Positions 14,128-28,580 of a stretch of 64,000 nt of DNA are shown here, in pieces. The notes below the pieces were generated by a model, which saw nothing but the letters and a program-made list of their open reading frames with translations, searched no databases and was not told the DNA's origin. The translations under genes were made by a program, and so were the position numbers. The DNA is from Cycas panzhihuaensis (taxonomy: Eukaryota; Plantae; Cycadophyta), in NCBI GenBank assembly GCA_023213395.1, contig CM041465.1, positions 246,643,741 through 246,707,740 of the forward strand, read 5' to 3'. Numbering within the stretch: the stretch's first letter is position 1; each line of letters begins with the position of its first letter.

Positions 14128-14199
14128 TTGATGTGAATGTGGGGAACCTGCAACCTACAACAGTTCTATTATCATGAAGGTTGGGACTATCCTATTGCT

Positions 14200-17100
14200 T
14201 CTTTATCTTTGTCAATACATCCCTCCTCAAGGATAACATCTATGAATCTTATTTCAATACGCATCTTTGTGAATGGATCTTTAGTAAGCGGCTTGGTGAA
14301 GACGTCTGTAAGCTGATATTTATTCAGATGATAGTCAACCTGCAGCTTCCCTGATTTGATTTGTTCATGGATGTAGTGATGTTAAATCTCGATATGTTTT
14401 GTATGTGCATGAAACTTTAGATTCTTCAACAAGAGAATGGTACTCTAAACATCGACGAAAATAATTGAATATCTATTTGGAACTCTAAGAAATTCTAAGA
14501 GATCTTGCAACCATATAGTTTCCTTTGCTCTAGCACTGAGTTTTTGATATTCAACCTCTGTAGAATATAGTGCCACTATTTGTTGCTTCTTTGGTTGCTG
14601 CTAAACAAAGCTATTACTGACATCAAAGATGTATCCAACGTTGGACTTTCGATCATCGGTGCCTCCTCCCCAATCAGCATCAGTGTAGCTATGCAACCTT
14701 ATCTCCTCACCTCGGTAGTATTCGAGACCAAGATTGATTGTCCCCTTTAGGTACTTTAGAATCTGCTTTGCGACAACTCAATGTGATTCTGAGGATTTTG
14801 CATGTATTGAGAAACCAATCCAATATCTGATTTGGTATGAGTCAAGTAGATTAGACTTCCTACCAATTGACAATACTTTGTTCCATCTACAAAGGGTTTG
14901 GCTATATCCTTCTACAATCTTGTGCCCTTAACACATGGTGGTGCAACTGGTTTGCAATTCTACATCCCAAACTTTTCCAGTCGGTTATTCATGTACTGCG
15001 ACTGCAACAACACGATTCGATTGTCCATCTGCCTGATTTGAATGCCCAAGAAGTAATGAAGTCTCTTGAGTTCTGTCATGTCAAAAGAAGCTCTCAAATT
15101 GGACTTGACCTCTACAATAGTATTATTACAATTATCTTCGATGATTAAATCATCCACAAACACCACAATAGTGACTATTGAAGCCCCCTTCCTTTTCACA
15201 TATAAATTTTGGTTGAGATCAAAAACTACGAAACCTTTAGCTTTTAACTTGGCATCCATCTTCTCATACCAAGTATGGGTTGCTTGTTTTAGGCCATAGA
15301 GTGATTTTTTCAATCGACATATAAGATGCTCCTGCCCTTCCTTAATGAATCCTAGAGGCTCTGACATACAAATCTCTTCCTTTAGATCGTGGTCTTGACG
15401 TCCATCTGGCTCTCAACCATAAGCAGTAAGCAGTTGCTAAGGAAATGATCAAGTAGACCTTTGTTAGCTTGGAGACTACTGCAAATGTCTCTTCATAATC
15501 AATTCCGTCATTTTGTTTGAATTCTTGAGCGACGAGCTTGGCCTTGTACTTGTCCACCTCTCCATCAAAGTGGAACTTAGTTTTGTAGACCCACTTGCAT
15601 CCAACAAGGCTCTTTGTCAAAGGGAGCAAAACCAAATCGCATGTGTCGTTTTTCATGAGCGAACCATACTCCTCTTCCATTGCAACTCTCCATCGCGGAT
15701 CACCTTTTGCTTCATCATACGAATCAGGATCACTAGAGTTGTTGGTATCTACTAGTAGAGTTTGACTAGCATGCTGATTTCTTGTTCTTCTCTCATTAGT
15801 AAGGGTATGCATTGCCACTCCAAAATCTTCAATTGTTTTCCTTGCCCTAGTGGTATAGAAGGACCTATTGTTGGAGGTGCTTCTTCACGTGGTGGCTTCT
15901 CACTATTACTTGACCCACTGGGCATTGCTTCCTCATGTATTTCAGTGACTGGTTCATCGTCCTTTTCACCTGATGAATTTGAGAATGGAAGTAGTGGGGG
16001 GTAAAAATGTTCTTCTAATGATTTTTTAGCATAATACGTTGATAACTTATCGAATGTTACATCTCGATTAATCACAGTCTTTCTCTCCGATGAATCCCAC
16101 AGTCTGTAAGCTTTGTTTTGATCACAATACCCCATAAAAATACACTTCATACTATTTTGATCAAGTTTTTTGCGAGTATTGTTTGGGATGTGTGCATATC
16201 CTATGCATCCAAAAGTTTTCAAATGGTTAATGATAGGTTTTCTATTGGTCCATTTTTCTTTGGAGGTCATGCTATGAATTGCTTGAGGGGGTATCTGATT
16301 TAGAATATAAATAGTAGTCGCCACAACCTCTATCGAAAACATCAGTGGCGAGTTTTTATCATGCATCATACACCTTGCCATCTCCATCATGGTACGGTTC
16401 TTTCTTTCAGCAACTTCGTTTTGTTGTGGAATATACAGGATCGTAAATTCTTGCTTTATACCATGATCGTGACAAAATTGATTAAATGCATGGTTGTCGT
16501 ACTTCTTGACATTATCACTTCTTAATGACTTAATCTTCTTCTCACTTTCATTCTCAACCGTCACTTTCTAGTCACGAAAGCAATGAAACACATTTGACTT
16601 TTTCTTCAGAAAGTATACCCAGGCTTTCTTGGTATAATCATCCACAAACACTAAGGTATAACGAGCTCTTGATATTGAGGGATTTGGCAGTGGACCCATT
16701 ATATCCCTATGCACAAGCTCTAGTTTCTCCTTGGCTCTCCAGGTATTATACCAAGCGAAAGGATAGTGGTGATGCTTTCCATACATACACCCTTCACAAA
16801 CATCGTCCGAGCATGAAACAGATGGTAAATTTTTCACCATCTTCAACCTCTTTAGCAATGCGATGCTTCTGTAATTAAGGTGTTCTAGGCGATTATGCCA
16901 TAGTTTGCTCACATCATTAGCACTAGTAACAAAGGCATAAGACTTCTTTTAAGATTGAAACTTCTCAAACACCCAAAAGTTATCTTTGACCTTCCCAGTA
17001 GCAATGACAGAAAGATTTTGCTTTGGATCCTTAATTAGGCATCTATCATGGTATCACTCCACCTTCATACCTTGTTTGTAGATCTATTAGGCTGAAAGCA

Positions 17101-18111
17101 AATTCAATTACATCTTGGGTACATAATATACCCCTGTAAACTTACCACTTGCTAAAGAAGCTTTGTCGATACCTTCTATCGGTAATATGCGAGCATCTCC
17201 AAGGATGATTTCTGCACCAGTATGATTTTCGTTCATCGTATCAAAGTTGTGCTTTTGGTAAGAGATGCTTATGCACTTTAGAGTCAAAAATCCAGTAATC
17301 TCTCTAATTTGACTGGATTGATAGGGCTGATGCTTGGATGTAGTGTGTAACAACACTTTTCTCTTTGCATTTGTCACATCTCTTGAACCAACAATTCTTC
17401 TCTTTATGACCATCCTATTTGCAGTAATTACATTTTCCATTGAATTTCTTCTTCTCCTTAGAACTTTTCCTAGACCTCTGTGTGAACTTCTTCACCTAAA
17501 CAACCTCTTTCCTCTATGTCTTTATGGCTAAGGCTTGACTTGATTCAGAACCTCCAAGCATTCCATGATGTTTTAGCTTGGCAACCTCTACTAGAATAAG
17601 TTTCTTAATTCCATCAAAGGTTTTTGCCTCCATCACCTCATCTCTAATGTATATGGTCTGAAATGTGGCGAAAGCAATTGGCAATTTTGACATGATTATT
17701 GCGAACAATAGCGCATCATCGATCGAATTTTGCTTCAATTCTTCTAGCTTATTCTTCAAGTCAGTAATCTTATTTAGGTACGAATTGATATTAGTCTCAT
17801 CTTCTACACGTGAATTGAGTAGTTTAAAATCAGGGCTAGACACCACACAATTTTGTCCAAATTTTGTCTAGTTCTTCCAGATTATGAACGAAGGCTTTTT
17901 GGTTTGGCACTAGTGATTGTTTCAACGATCCAATGGCCACCAACTTCTTCTCCTAAAGTCTTACTTGCTCTTTATGATTTAGCGGAATCACATCCACCTT
18001 TGCCTTAGTAATTCCCTAGAGTTGATTCACCATCAATACCAGCTCCATGTTGGCTTTCCACTCGTTGAGATTGTTGTCGTTGAAGATAACCTTTAGTATC
18101 ACATGCTTCAT
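14200..18111 (-). pseudogene. pol: Copia C gag-pol, disrupted
   Basis: LWHNRLEHLN (GAG-pre-integrase); LELVHRDIMGP; LRSDN; PQQNEVAERKNRT; GCKWVYKTK; VVFVDDLII; QLTDVFTKPL. Confidence 0.93.
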
Positions 18112-18879
18112 CTTGAAAAACGGGCTTCCGCACATGATAGTCAAAAGCACCAAATGATAGTCTTACAGACTTTTCAAACAAAAGTGCACCATTGTGGTCT
18201 CCTTTGGCTTAGGCACACTCACTAGGGGACCACTGAACAACGGTTGTGTACACACTAGGTAGCTAACCAACTATTTGTCCTTCAACAACAAGCCTCAAAA
18301 CATCCTCAAAAGTACAAAAAAGCCTTAAAAAAGGACTTAGAATGCTCCAAAATGTACCTAAGACCAATAATTTCTCCACACAGTGTTATGGCATGGTCTC
18401 CAAGTCAGATTTCATAATAAATGCCTTAAAAAAGAACTTCAAAAACACATCAAACTCCTTCAGTAGGCTTTACAATATGAAAAATATGATATATCAATGG
18501 TGCAGGGTCCTTTTGTAATGTCAAATTGTAAAAGGAATATCTCAAAAAGTATATTCCAACTAATATGACTTTTCAACACTCCTACGACCTCTTTCAAATA
18601 AACGCACATGTTAAATAACATAAAAAACATGTGTTAAAATATGTATTAAAGTTCCAAAGGTTTAATTTATCAAAGTATTGCCTTTGGAATATCTCGTAGT
18701 TGGCGATAAAGTGCGACGACTACATCATGAGGTGCGGCAACTACGTGACCAGCGCAAGTCGACTGGGCATTTAATAATCTCTTCTCGTCCTTATGGTTGG
18801 TAAGGACGCTTCTAATGTAGCCCAACCACGTAGAGAACAACCCAACCAACCTTTGCTTGACAGGTTCGGGCTTAAATGA

Positions 18880-20345
18880 ACCACCTATAGCCAAACCTAT
18901 TGTCAATTGTAAGTGGGTATATAAAATAAATTTTTTTTTTGATGGCATGATAGAAAAATACAAGGCTAAATTAGTGGCCAAGGGCTATATTTACACTGTT
19001 GGAATAGACTGTGACTATGTTGGAGTAGACTATGGTGAAACCTTCTCTCCAGTGGCCAAGCTGAACACAATAAGGATAGTAATAGCCTTAATTGCGCAAC
19101 AAAATTAAAAAATTTATCAGTTGGATGTAAAAAGTGCTATTTTGAATGGAGATCTTGAAGAAGAGGTGTACATGCAGCAACCAAAAGGATATGTTCAAAA
19201 TGGACAGGAATATCTTGTATGCAGGTTGAAAAAGGCTCTATATGGGCTAAAACAAGCTCTAAGGGCAGGGTATGTCAAGTTGAACAAATATCTCATTCAA
19301 AATGGCTTTCAAAGATGCAGATTAGACTCTAGTCTATATGTGAAAAAAAATCTAAGGTTGATCACAATATGTGAAAAAAAATTAAGGGTTAATCACAATA
19401 ATTGTAGTATATATAGATGACATGATTCTCACAGGCGGTGACATAGAGTCCATCGTAGCCATAAAAATGCAATTGGAAAAAGGCTTTGAGATGATTGACC
19501 TGGGACTTCTAAATTATTACCTTGGTATAGAAGTAAACCAAAAGGAAGATTCAATCACTCTGCCATAAAACAAATATACCAAAGGTTTGTTAAAAAAATT
19601 TTAAATGGAAGACTGTAATAGTTGTGCAACTCCTATGGAAATAGGTTGTGACTTGAATTAGTCTACAAAAGAAACCTTAGTTGATACAACTCTATACAGG
19701 CAATTAGTTGAAAGCCTGATATATCTTACTACAACTAGACCTAACATTTTATACTCTATTGGAGTAATCTTTAGGTACATGTAGGAACCAAAGATAGTAC
19801 ATTTGAGAGTAGTAAAGAGGATACTCAGATGTCTGAAAGGGACTTCAAATTTGAAATTCACATATACAAAAATTAAGTCAGGAAAATTAATTGGGTACAA
19901 TGATTCAAACTGGGCAGGAGATAAAGAAAAAAGAAAGTCAATCAGTGGATATTGCTTTCTTCTTGGGTCAGCAATAGTTTTCTGGAGCAACAAATGACAA
20001 CCAACAGTTTGTTTGTCTTCTACAGAAGTGGAATACAAGTGGGTAGTTAGTGCATCCTACGAAGTAATTTGGCCAAGACAATTACTGATAGATTTAAATC
20101 AACAGCAACAGGAACCAATGACACTTTTAGTGACAACTAGAGCCTAATAAAATTGACCAAGAATTCAATCGTCCACACACAAACCAAATATATTGAAGTG
20201 CATCATCACTTTATTCGAGAGAAAGTACAAAACAAGGAGATAGATATGATTCATTGCACAACAAATTAAAAACTTGTAGATATCTTGACAAAATCTCTCA
20301 GCAAAGATAACTTTCAATTCTTTAGAAATAAGCTTGGCTTAAAAT
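18880..20345 (+). pseudogene. pol: Copia B RT and RNase H, disrupted
   Basis: CKWVYKI; YKAKLVAKGY; ETFSPVAK; DVKSAILNG; VYIDDMI; DSNWAGD..RKSISGY; TKYIEVHHHFIRE. Confidence 0.93.
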
Positions 20346-20399
20346 AGATAAAACATTTTTTTTTGGAAGGTAAAAAGTAGATATCATTAAATTATAAAT

Positions 20400-23300
20400 T
20401 CAAAATAATACAAAGTGCTAAATAGCGCAAGGGTCAAGTGGATGTACTTGCCCAATCTTTTACATATAGTGCAGTCAAAATAATTATGTTAGAATGAAGA
20501 TTTTTCTTAAGTTTTTTGCGGAGAGAAGCAAAGCAAGCATTGTGAGATAGCCATATTAGAATTTCCTTACATGAATCTTTTACATGTGCGTTCAAAATAG
20601 TTATGTCAAAATGAAGATTTTTTTTTATTTTTTTGCAGACAGAAGCAAAGCAAGCCTTGTGAGTTAGCCATTTCCTTCCTTATATGTCCAAAGGTTTTAT
20701 TAAAGGACGAGACTATTCTTTGAAAGTAAGATGTGGTACGAATTTTCCAGTTTTTGTGCAGGATGGTCTTGAGGAGAAGAAGCTAGAGGTTTATCAAGTG
20801 CTGATGGGTCTCCAACCAATCGTATGCCTTTGCCCAACTCCCCTTAATTAACTAGGAATGAAGAGGCAAGTGACCATTATAAATTTGGGTGAAGCTTTGA
20901 TCCAGATTAAAAATTTGAAAAGCAATATACTAGATGACTTAGATTGGAGGACATTGCCACCAAATGTGATCGAAGTTGTCGATCTGAGCACCACATACTG
21001 GGCACTAAGATTGGCAACTCATATTCCACTGGTCCCATGTGTCTTGGAAAATGAAAGCCTTGTGCAGAATCCTCCAATGAAGCACATTGTGTTTGGGTTG
21101 TGTTTGTTTCCACCATATCCACCCCCATTCAGCTCGAAGTTGGACATGTCGATATTGTTGACTATGTAATAGGTAATAGAATTCTGTGTGCTTGAAAACT
21201 GGACCCTTGGAAAGGAACCTGAGTGCTTCCTCCTCTATTTCTTTAGAGGCGATAAGAGGGTCCACTTGCCGCATAGAAAGGTTGAGTCTATCAGCCAATT
21301 GTAGGAGTAGAGGTTTAGGTTGAGAGTTAAGCTCAATCAGGAGTTCAACAAAATGCTTCCAACGAAGCTAGCCAAAATCGTGGAACTGAGCCATAGTGTG
21401 CCAATTGTGAGAGTTGAAGAACTAAGCTAAGGGTATGAACTCCTCTTGATTGACTAGCGAGGGAAACCCTAGAGGCAACCACTTATCGGTCCAAAAGTTA
21501 ACTTGAAGGCTTGTCAATCTTGGAGAACAAATAGTATTGTAGTGGAGATTGTCCTAATCTACTACCATTTGATTCCGGATAATGGAGCCTTTATTAAGGT
21601 AGTTTGGAGTAGCTGGTTATTGTTTTGCAGAAAACGTAAAACAATACTTTCTCCTGATAATGCAGGCCCATTTATTGTTCTCTCTATTCCAAAGGTCCCA
21701 CAATTGCTTAGCTCCTCTCATTTTTGCCTTGAAAAAAGGTTCTTTGAGACCAAGGCCACCTCAACCATTGTGATTCGAAACCATGCTCTGTTTCACAGTG
21801 TAGAAAGTTTTCATTTCAGCTGACCACGGTTTTTAGAGAAATCTTATGAACAAACTCTGGATTGTTGATAGAACTGCTTTAGGGGCTTGAATGATGGACA
21901 TTAAGTAATTTGGCATTTGGGATAGGGTTGATTTTATTAAGCTTCATCAACTTGCTTGAATGATGGACATTAAGTAATTTGGCATTTGGGATAGGGTTGA
22001 TTTTATTAAGCTTCATCAACTTGCTAAGTTTAGAGAGTTGGTTAGCTAAGCATCTAGCTTCTTCTTGATTTTCAGGATGTAGGGGCACCGATCAGGAACT
22101 TTTAATCTTAGAAACACCCATAGGGATGCCTAAATATTTGAAGATCATGGATCTAGGATGGGACCCTAAGAATAGTCGCCAAAGTGGATTGAGCCTCTAT
22201 ATCCACTTCATTGAAAATGATGTTGGATTTACTATGATTGATTGTCATCCCTATGGCAAGGCCAAAAACACTAATTGTTTGGTTTCAGACATTGATTTCT
22301 ACTTGCGAAGGCTGACCCAACATAATGGTATCATCTGTGAATATCTGATGCATTGTGGTCTCTATTCCATCAATAGAATCCCTTAGAGAAGACCTGTTGA
22401 TTGGAGCCATAATAGTAGGGAAGATAGGCCTCCCATAGCGATCATGAAGAGATAAGGAGATAGGGGGCAACCCTAGCGTATTCCTCTGCTCGTGTAGATA
22501 AGGCTATTGGTTGACCTATTGATTTTTATAGCCATTGAAACTGAAGAAGTCATGGCTTTGATCCAATTGATATGTTCTAGCTGTAAGCCCTTTCAGGAAA
22601 GAGCAAAAAGGAAGTTCCATTCCACTGCGTCATATGCTTTGTTGATGTCCAATTTGAACAAAGCAACTTGTTGCTTTTCTGTATGCATGGAGAGCCTCAA
22701 TAATCACAATAATGCTATCTACTATGCGTTGGCCTCTTACAAAGGCTATCTGGTTTTCATTAACAACTTGTGGGAGGAACTCTTTAAGTCGGTTGGCTAA
22801 TACTTTAGCTATTAGCTTATATGAGGTGTTACAGAGACTTATGGGTCTCCACTGGTGGATGGTGAACCATTTTTTGGAATCAAGGACATCATAGTTGTGT
22901 TGATAGCTAGGTGCATTCTTCTTGTCCGATGAACCTTTTCCGCTACTTTGGTTTGGTTCATCAGATTATATGGCTAATAGGAGCTTAATAGGGATTCCAT
23001 CCAGGCCAGGTGACTTGCCTTTGGGAAGCTTCTTCATGATTTTGTGAATCTCCTCCTTGGTAATTGATCTACTGAGAGTGTCATTGAGATTTTTACAACA
23101 ATCCTTCGAAATTGGGTTCACCTTGGATAGAATGATTTGAGCAGCTTTATGCCTAGAGTTTGAGAAACCCTAAGTGGTCCACAATCTATCAAAGTGATGT
23201 AGAAACTCAGCTTGAATTTTGTGGTGAGAGTAGGTGACCTCCGTAGACACTTAAGCGACTGTTGATGTTCCATTGCTTTAACATAGTGGTTGAAGAATTT

Positions 23301-24423
23301 TTAATTCTGATTTGCATTAAGTTTCCATTGAATATTTTACCATGGTTTCCATGTTTCAACTTCTTGCTTTTGCATAAGAAGGAATTGATTGTTTAAATCA
23401 ATGAGACTTGAATGAAGGTCAGGTGATCCTTTTCCTTCTTCAAAAACCTTTTGCATGTCTTGAAAAGTGACCATCAAGGACTCCCTTTGTTCCTCAAAGT
23501 TACATTCGTGATCTTTACCAAAAATCTTGATGCAGGATTTAAGGCCCCTCATAATCATTGTCCATCGATCACTAGGGCTATTTAAATTTTTTGAACTGGT
23601 ATATAGTTCCTCCTACTATCACTGTAGGACTGTTTGAGTAAATTTACGTTGAGTTTAAAATCTGTCTTCATTGTAGTAGAAGGATTAGTTCTAGTAACAA
23701 GTTGGATTTTAATGGGAACATGATCAAATAACACGACCGCGTTCACCGAAACCTATTGGTACTGAATAATGAGATGCTTGAGTGAATTTGATATATAAAC
23801 TCTATCCAATTTTTCAGCTGTGTGACTGCTGCCCTGACGATTGTTGGTCCATGTAAACTTAAGAGGCCCCTTCCAAGGAAGTTTAGAAAGACCCAAGCCA
23901 TCTTTGAGTTTAGTGAATGTTAAATTGTCTTTTTGATAAGGTCTTTCGAAATTACCACCTAATTTGTCATTAGGGCATTCCACGAAATTGAAATCCTCCT
24001 AATAGTACAATTTGGTCATGCTCACACTGATAGCTATGTAGAGAACCTGCCAAAACTTGCCACGAGTCGTAGAGGTATAGGCTCCAATGACCCAACAAAC
24101 AAATTGATCCTTTTCCATTTTTAAACATAGCCAATCTTGGAAAGGGCTTACAATATATTGAAGCATCTTCCATTGATTGTTCCATAAAATACATAGTCCT
24201 CCGATGGGTCAGTTCAGAATGATTACTTTCCATTGAGTTGATGGCCATATACTTCGGGTTGTGCATTGCATGTCATTGTCAGACATAATACGAGTTTCTA
24301 TCAGAACCAAAAAATGAGGATAATGATGTCAAACTATACGTTTTAACTCTAGGCGTTTGTGAAAATGGGGGGATCTATACCCCTAATGTTCTAAGTCATT
24401 GCTGAAATGTTATTTTTGTCCAT
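20400..24423 (-). pseudogene. LINE ORF2 (APE endonuclease, RT)
   Basis: MT*NIRG; VLLGGF; FTWTNNR..EKLDRVY; KSPGLDGIP; WRPISLCNTSYK; KLDINKAYD; HQIFTDDT; KYLGIP. Confidence 0.9.
21885..22022. repeat. Perfect tandem duplication, 2 x 69 bp, within LINE ORF2
   Basis: GCTTGAATGATGGACATTAAG at 21885 and 21954. Confidence 0.95.
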
Positions 24424-25890
24424 TTGTTTGAGAAGAATTGATTTTAGCTAGAGATATGAGTCGGGTATGTTGCGAAGTTTCTTCGTTGCTAGGTACATGT
24501 TGTTGAGTTTGATGAACATTCACATTTGGGGATCTTAACCATTGAGTTTCTGAAACATGATCTGGGGATTCTGCTTCCTCTATAAGCAAGTCATTCAGTT
24601 CATCTCGAGGATACCCAGAGCTAGGCACTGTAGCAACCTCAAACCTTTGTCCTTGGATTGATGAAGCAACCTTAAGCCTTTTCTTGAGCTAATCTCTAGA
24701 GTCATTGGAACCTGGGTTTGGAAGTTGAGTACTTGTGAAGTGGCCTTTGCCTTTGTTTCGCAGACGATTAGTTCCAAGCGTCCACCTTCCTTTTTCTCTA
24801 GCCTAAGGTGAGGTTGTATGTTGATAATGGGCGTCCGTTTCCGTGTGGAGTTTCAGAGTTTCCTCAATATTAATGGGGTTGTTTCTTACCAACTGCTCCT
24901 CCTTGTTTTCCTTATTGGTATCTGGTTGGATGGGTGGCCTTTGGTCAGGAATGACTTCATCTCTCCAAGGGTCTAAATTAAGAGGTGCCTAAAATAAGTG
25001 ACAATTTGTGCACATGCCCAATATTATGGCAAGCTGTGCATCTGAAAGGAACTCTTTCATAATCCAAGTTGATTTTTATGGACTTATTTGCAACTTTAGT
25101 AAATAGGTGTTCTTTGAGCTGTTTAGTCGTATCAAGCTCAGCACACACTTTTGCCATTCCCCTAGTAGTGTGATCTAGAGTGTTTGGGTCTAGCTTGATA
25201 ACCTTACCCAGCATAGAACCTGTTTTAATTAACCGTTCTCGCTCTCTAAATTCATCAGGTATGAATGGTAGTAGTATCCAAATTGGGATTTTTAGAGGCC
25301 CAGGTTTGCTCAGATCAAACATGGGGGATCAACATTGAAGAGCTAGACCCAAATTTTGCATGAACCAATGACCTCCATATAATACCTTTTTCAGATCTGT
25401 TGTATTTGAAAAGGAAATGTTAAATAAAACCTTTACCTTTCAGTTCAAAGGCAACCTTGCCTGAAAGAATGGGAGCCCATACCACTTTTGCCCATTCTTC
25501 AAGGGACCATGTGGGAGGATAAAGATTGTTGAATTTGCCAATGAGTGTTTTAGCTTGGAGTTCCATGCAGATGCTTTCGATATCTTCAACTGGAAAGGTG
25601 ATAGTGTTTGTATCATAATCCACCAGTCCCAGTAAAGTATTGAAGAGATCCTCGTCAGTAGATTTTTCTTGATTTTTGTATTGTAGAACCTGGGACTGGG
25701 GTAGCAGTGCATGTGGATTGAGAAGAAAGAAGTCACAAACTTTTTTTAGGAGGTTATTTTGTTGCATGGTTGATAAGCCAAGCTGTGCATATTTCCTCCT
25801 AAGGTGGTCTTGAAGGGATTACGAGTCCCAAATTGATTGAGGCCTCAAATCCTATCTATTATTAAGAACTAGAGCAGGTGCTTCCTCCAT
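24410..25890 (-). pseudogene. LINE ORF1 (DUF4283-like RRM region plus zinc knuckle)
   Basis: LIGKF..W..VW; PIWILLPFIP; GKVIKLD; AKVCAELD; DYERVPFRCTACHNIGH. Confidence 0.88.
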
Positions 25891-26251
25891 TGAGGTTATA
25901 CTCTAGAGAAAAGCTGTAAAAAAACTCCGTGTATTGCTAATATGAGAAAAAATTGAAATCAACAAGTTTACCTCTGCTTCAAGGTGTCCAGTTGTGAATC
26001 TAAGCGAAGGCATGCACAGAGACGTTGCATGCAACTGTATGTAACAACATGCAGCAACATGCACCCCTGTTTGTAGAGTGAGAACAAGGAGATCTCTAAA
26101 TCAAGGTCTGTCGGTGCAGATCCAATGCGGGGAAGTCACATGCAAAAGCATGCAATATCATGCAACCTTGATTGTGGAGATTTAACAGCAGAGGAGTCTC
26201 GTCCTAAAACCATTTGCATTTGAAAGAAATAGATAAAATCTTAAGAGAGGG

Positions 26252-26447
26252 TGTTAAAGGTAATGTTTTATCTAGGACATTATGTTAGTGAGGGTTATGT
26301 ATTAAACCACTCTTCATTGTAATAAAGGCAAGGGTCATGCAAATGGCTTACCGGTAGTGAGCAATTACAAAACATTTGTTGTATATATAGTGAGAGCCTC
26401 TCTCATATAATCAATGTACTATCTCCATTTATTGAAAGGTTTTTATA
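26252..26447 (+). repeat. 3' LTR of Copia B
   Basis: Matches 12560-12744; terminal CA mutated to TA; followed by TSD GATAA. Confidence 0.92.
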
Positions 26448-26452
26448 GATAA

Positions 26453-28580
26453 CTGGTCAAGAACCACATGTGCCTTTCCCCAGTTTCACCATAATTTTGA
26501 AGGTAAACTCTTGAAAAAGCATTAACCACTGATTAACCCATCCTTTCAGTAACGATTTGTTGATGAGGTGTATTAGGGCTTGATGATCTATGTAGAATAT
26601 GAAAGGATTAGATAACAAATAGTGTCAAGATTTTTGCAGTGCATAGACTATTCCAGGCTTTCCCTTTTTGTAGTGGTGTAATTTAGCTCTACAATTGTTA
26701 GCTTTTTGTTGGAAAAATAGATAGGGCAATTCGCGTTGATCTCCCTAGGTTGCGCTAATACACACCCAATTGCAAGTTGCAAAGCATCGACGTTGATAAA
26801 GAATATCTTGTTCAAGTCAGGGAATTTGAGCACAGGAGCAAAGGCTACAGCTTGTTTTAATGCTTCAAATGCCCTTTGTTGATCAAGTCCTCACTTTCAA
26901 TCCATACCCTTTTTCAACAAGGATTCTAGGGGTCTAGAGATGTATGTGTACCTTTTTATAAACTTTAAATAATATTCTATTTATTCGAGTAATTTCTTAA
27001 GTTGTTTCCTTAATAAGGGTTGTGGATAGTGCAAAATTATTGACACTTTGGTTGGGTTTGCCAGTAAGTTTTACTTGTTGACAATATGACCTAGCAAGTT
27101 GCAAAATGTTTTGAGGAATACACGCTTTCTTGGATTTAGGTATAGATTATTCTCTTAATAAGTTTGCAACATCTCTCAAAGGTTTTCCATATGATTTTTC
27201 ATGATCTCATATAGTGTCAAATCATCCAAGAAAGTTGCCACTTTCTCCCCAGTCAATTTTTAAAAATCTTAATCACTATCCTTTGAAATGTTGCTAGAGC
27301 ATTCATCAATTTGAACGACATCACTTAATAAGCATATGTACTCCATTTTATGACGGATATGGGTTTTCATTAGTCTTTTAGACCGATGCTGACTTGATTA
27401 TAACCATTAAATCCATCTGTGAAGGATTTTACCTTGTTCCCCCACAACCATCTCCAAACATTTTCTGTGAATGGAATTATGAATGGATCTTTTTTGGCCA
27501 CCTTATTTAGCTGATGATGATCCGCACATATCCTATTTTTTCCATTTTTTTTGGGAACCACCACTACAGGACTCACTTAATCGTTATACTCCACCTCATA
27601 AATATAATCAATCTCAAGCATTTTATCTAGTTTTTCTTTCACCTTTTCTTTAATCTTTGGACTCATTTGGTATGCCCTTTACTTCACTAGTTTGCCTCCC
27701 TTTATTAGGTTTATATGATGTATTCTTATCTTAGGAGGGATACACTTTAGGTCCTTGTAGGACCAAGCAAAGACATCCTTGAATTCTTGAAATATTGCTT
27801 GGGCTTTTGCAATGGTCTTGTCATCTCAATAATTTCCAATTATGACATTCGAAGGACTATCCTTAGTTCCAAGGTTTACTTTAGTTGTTTTGATCTCCTC
27901 ACTGTTGATTTGGCGATCTTCAACTATTTTATGTGTTGGTGTTTCCTCTATTTCCCTCTATTTGTAACATAAATTCATATATTTGAGAGGAAAATTATGA
28001 GTTTTCTCCTCCTCTTCATTGTCTCTATTTCCTGCAGTCCTTATAACTAACATGGGTTTAATTTGTTGTAGTTCCATGCTCATTGTTCTAATATATTTTA
28101 ACACTTTGTTTATGGTTTGGTTTTTATATGCATAAGATAACAATTTAATGAATGACTTTTCTAGACTATTCGAAGAAACTTCTTGGACTCTCTTGTTTGA
28201 GAAACCATTCTTTCCCTGACTTACTTATGGTATGGAAGAATAAATGTCCCTAGTCACTCTTTGGGATGTTTTGAGATATCCATAATCTTTTGCATCAATT
28301 CATGTGTTTTATGGGGCACTCTCCTATTAGGAATTGGGTGATGGATAGTTTTTTCTTTCGGTCATTTTTTAATCTAAAGGTTGTTTGTAGATTTGCCCAA
28401 TCACGAAGTAAGGTTTGGTGGGCTAAATACCACCACCGACCTTGGTTATAGAGGGTGACGACAAAGTCTATTACCTATTGAGATTTGTCCAATACCCTAT
28501 GTTCCAACCAATATTCCATACACTATATTAAATGGTTGGTACCCTTTAATCTATTTCCTAAAAATAGGGCTACCTTATTC
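26453..28580 (-). pseudogene. pol: G1 pol: two capsid-like modules, RT, RNase H
   Basis: SPVVVVPKKNGK; DGFNGYNQV; FLDDLTLY; VDALQLAIGCVLAQ; NYTTTKRE. Collinear with G2 47720-55620. Confidence 0.9.

Larger units (their letters stand above)
13502..18860 (-). mobile_element. Ty1/copia element C, 5' LTR missing, nested in Copia B
   Basis: gag-PR-INT-RT-RH on the minus strand; PPT (rc of TCTCCCCTT, 14121-14129) abuts the LTR end GTTAACA at 14120. Both outer boundaries are approximate. Confidence 0.85.
20354..26226 (-). mobile_element. Full-length L1-clade LINE (~5.9 kb) inserted between the RNase H and PPT of Copia B
   Basis: T-run (poly-A tail) at 20356-20364; TSD AAATAGATAAAA at 20342-20353 and 26227-26238; ORF1 and ORF2 remnants. 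Confidence 0.9.
12560..26447 (+). mobile_element. Ty1/copia element B (gag-integrase lost), nested in G1
   Basis: LTRs 12560-12744 and 26252-26447, TSD GATAA (12555-12559, 26448-26452), PBS TGGTATCATAG at 12745, PPT AAGAGAGGG at 26243-26251. Confidence 0.93.
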
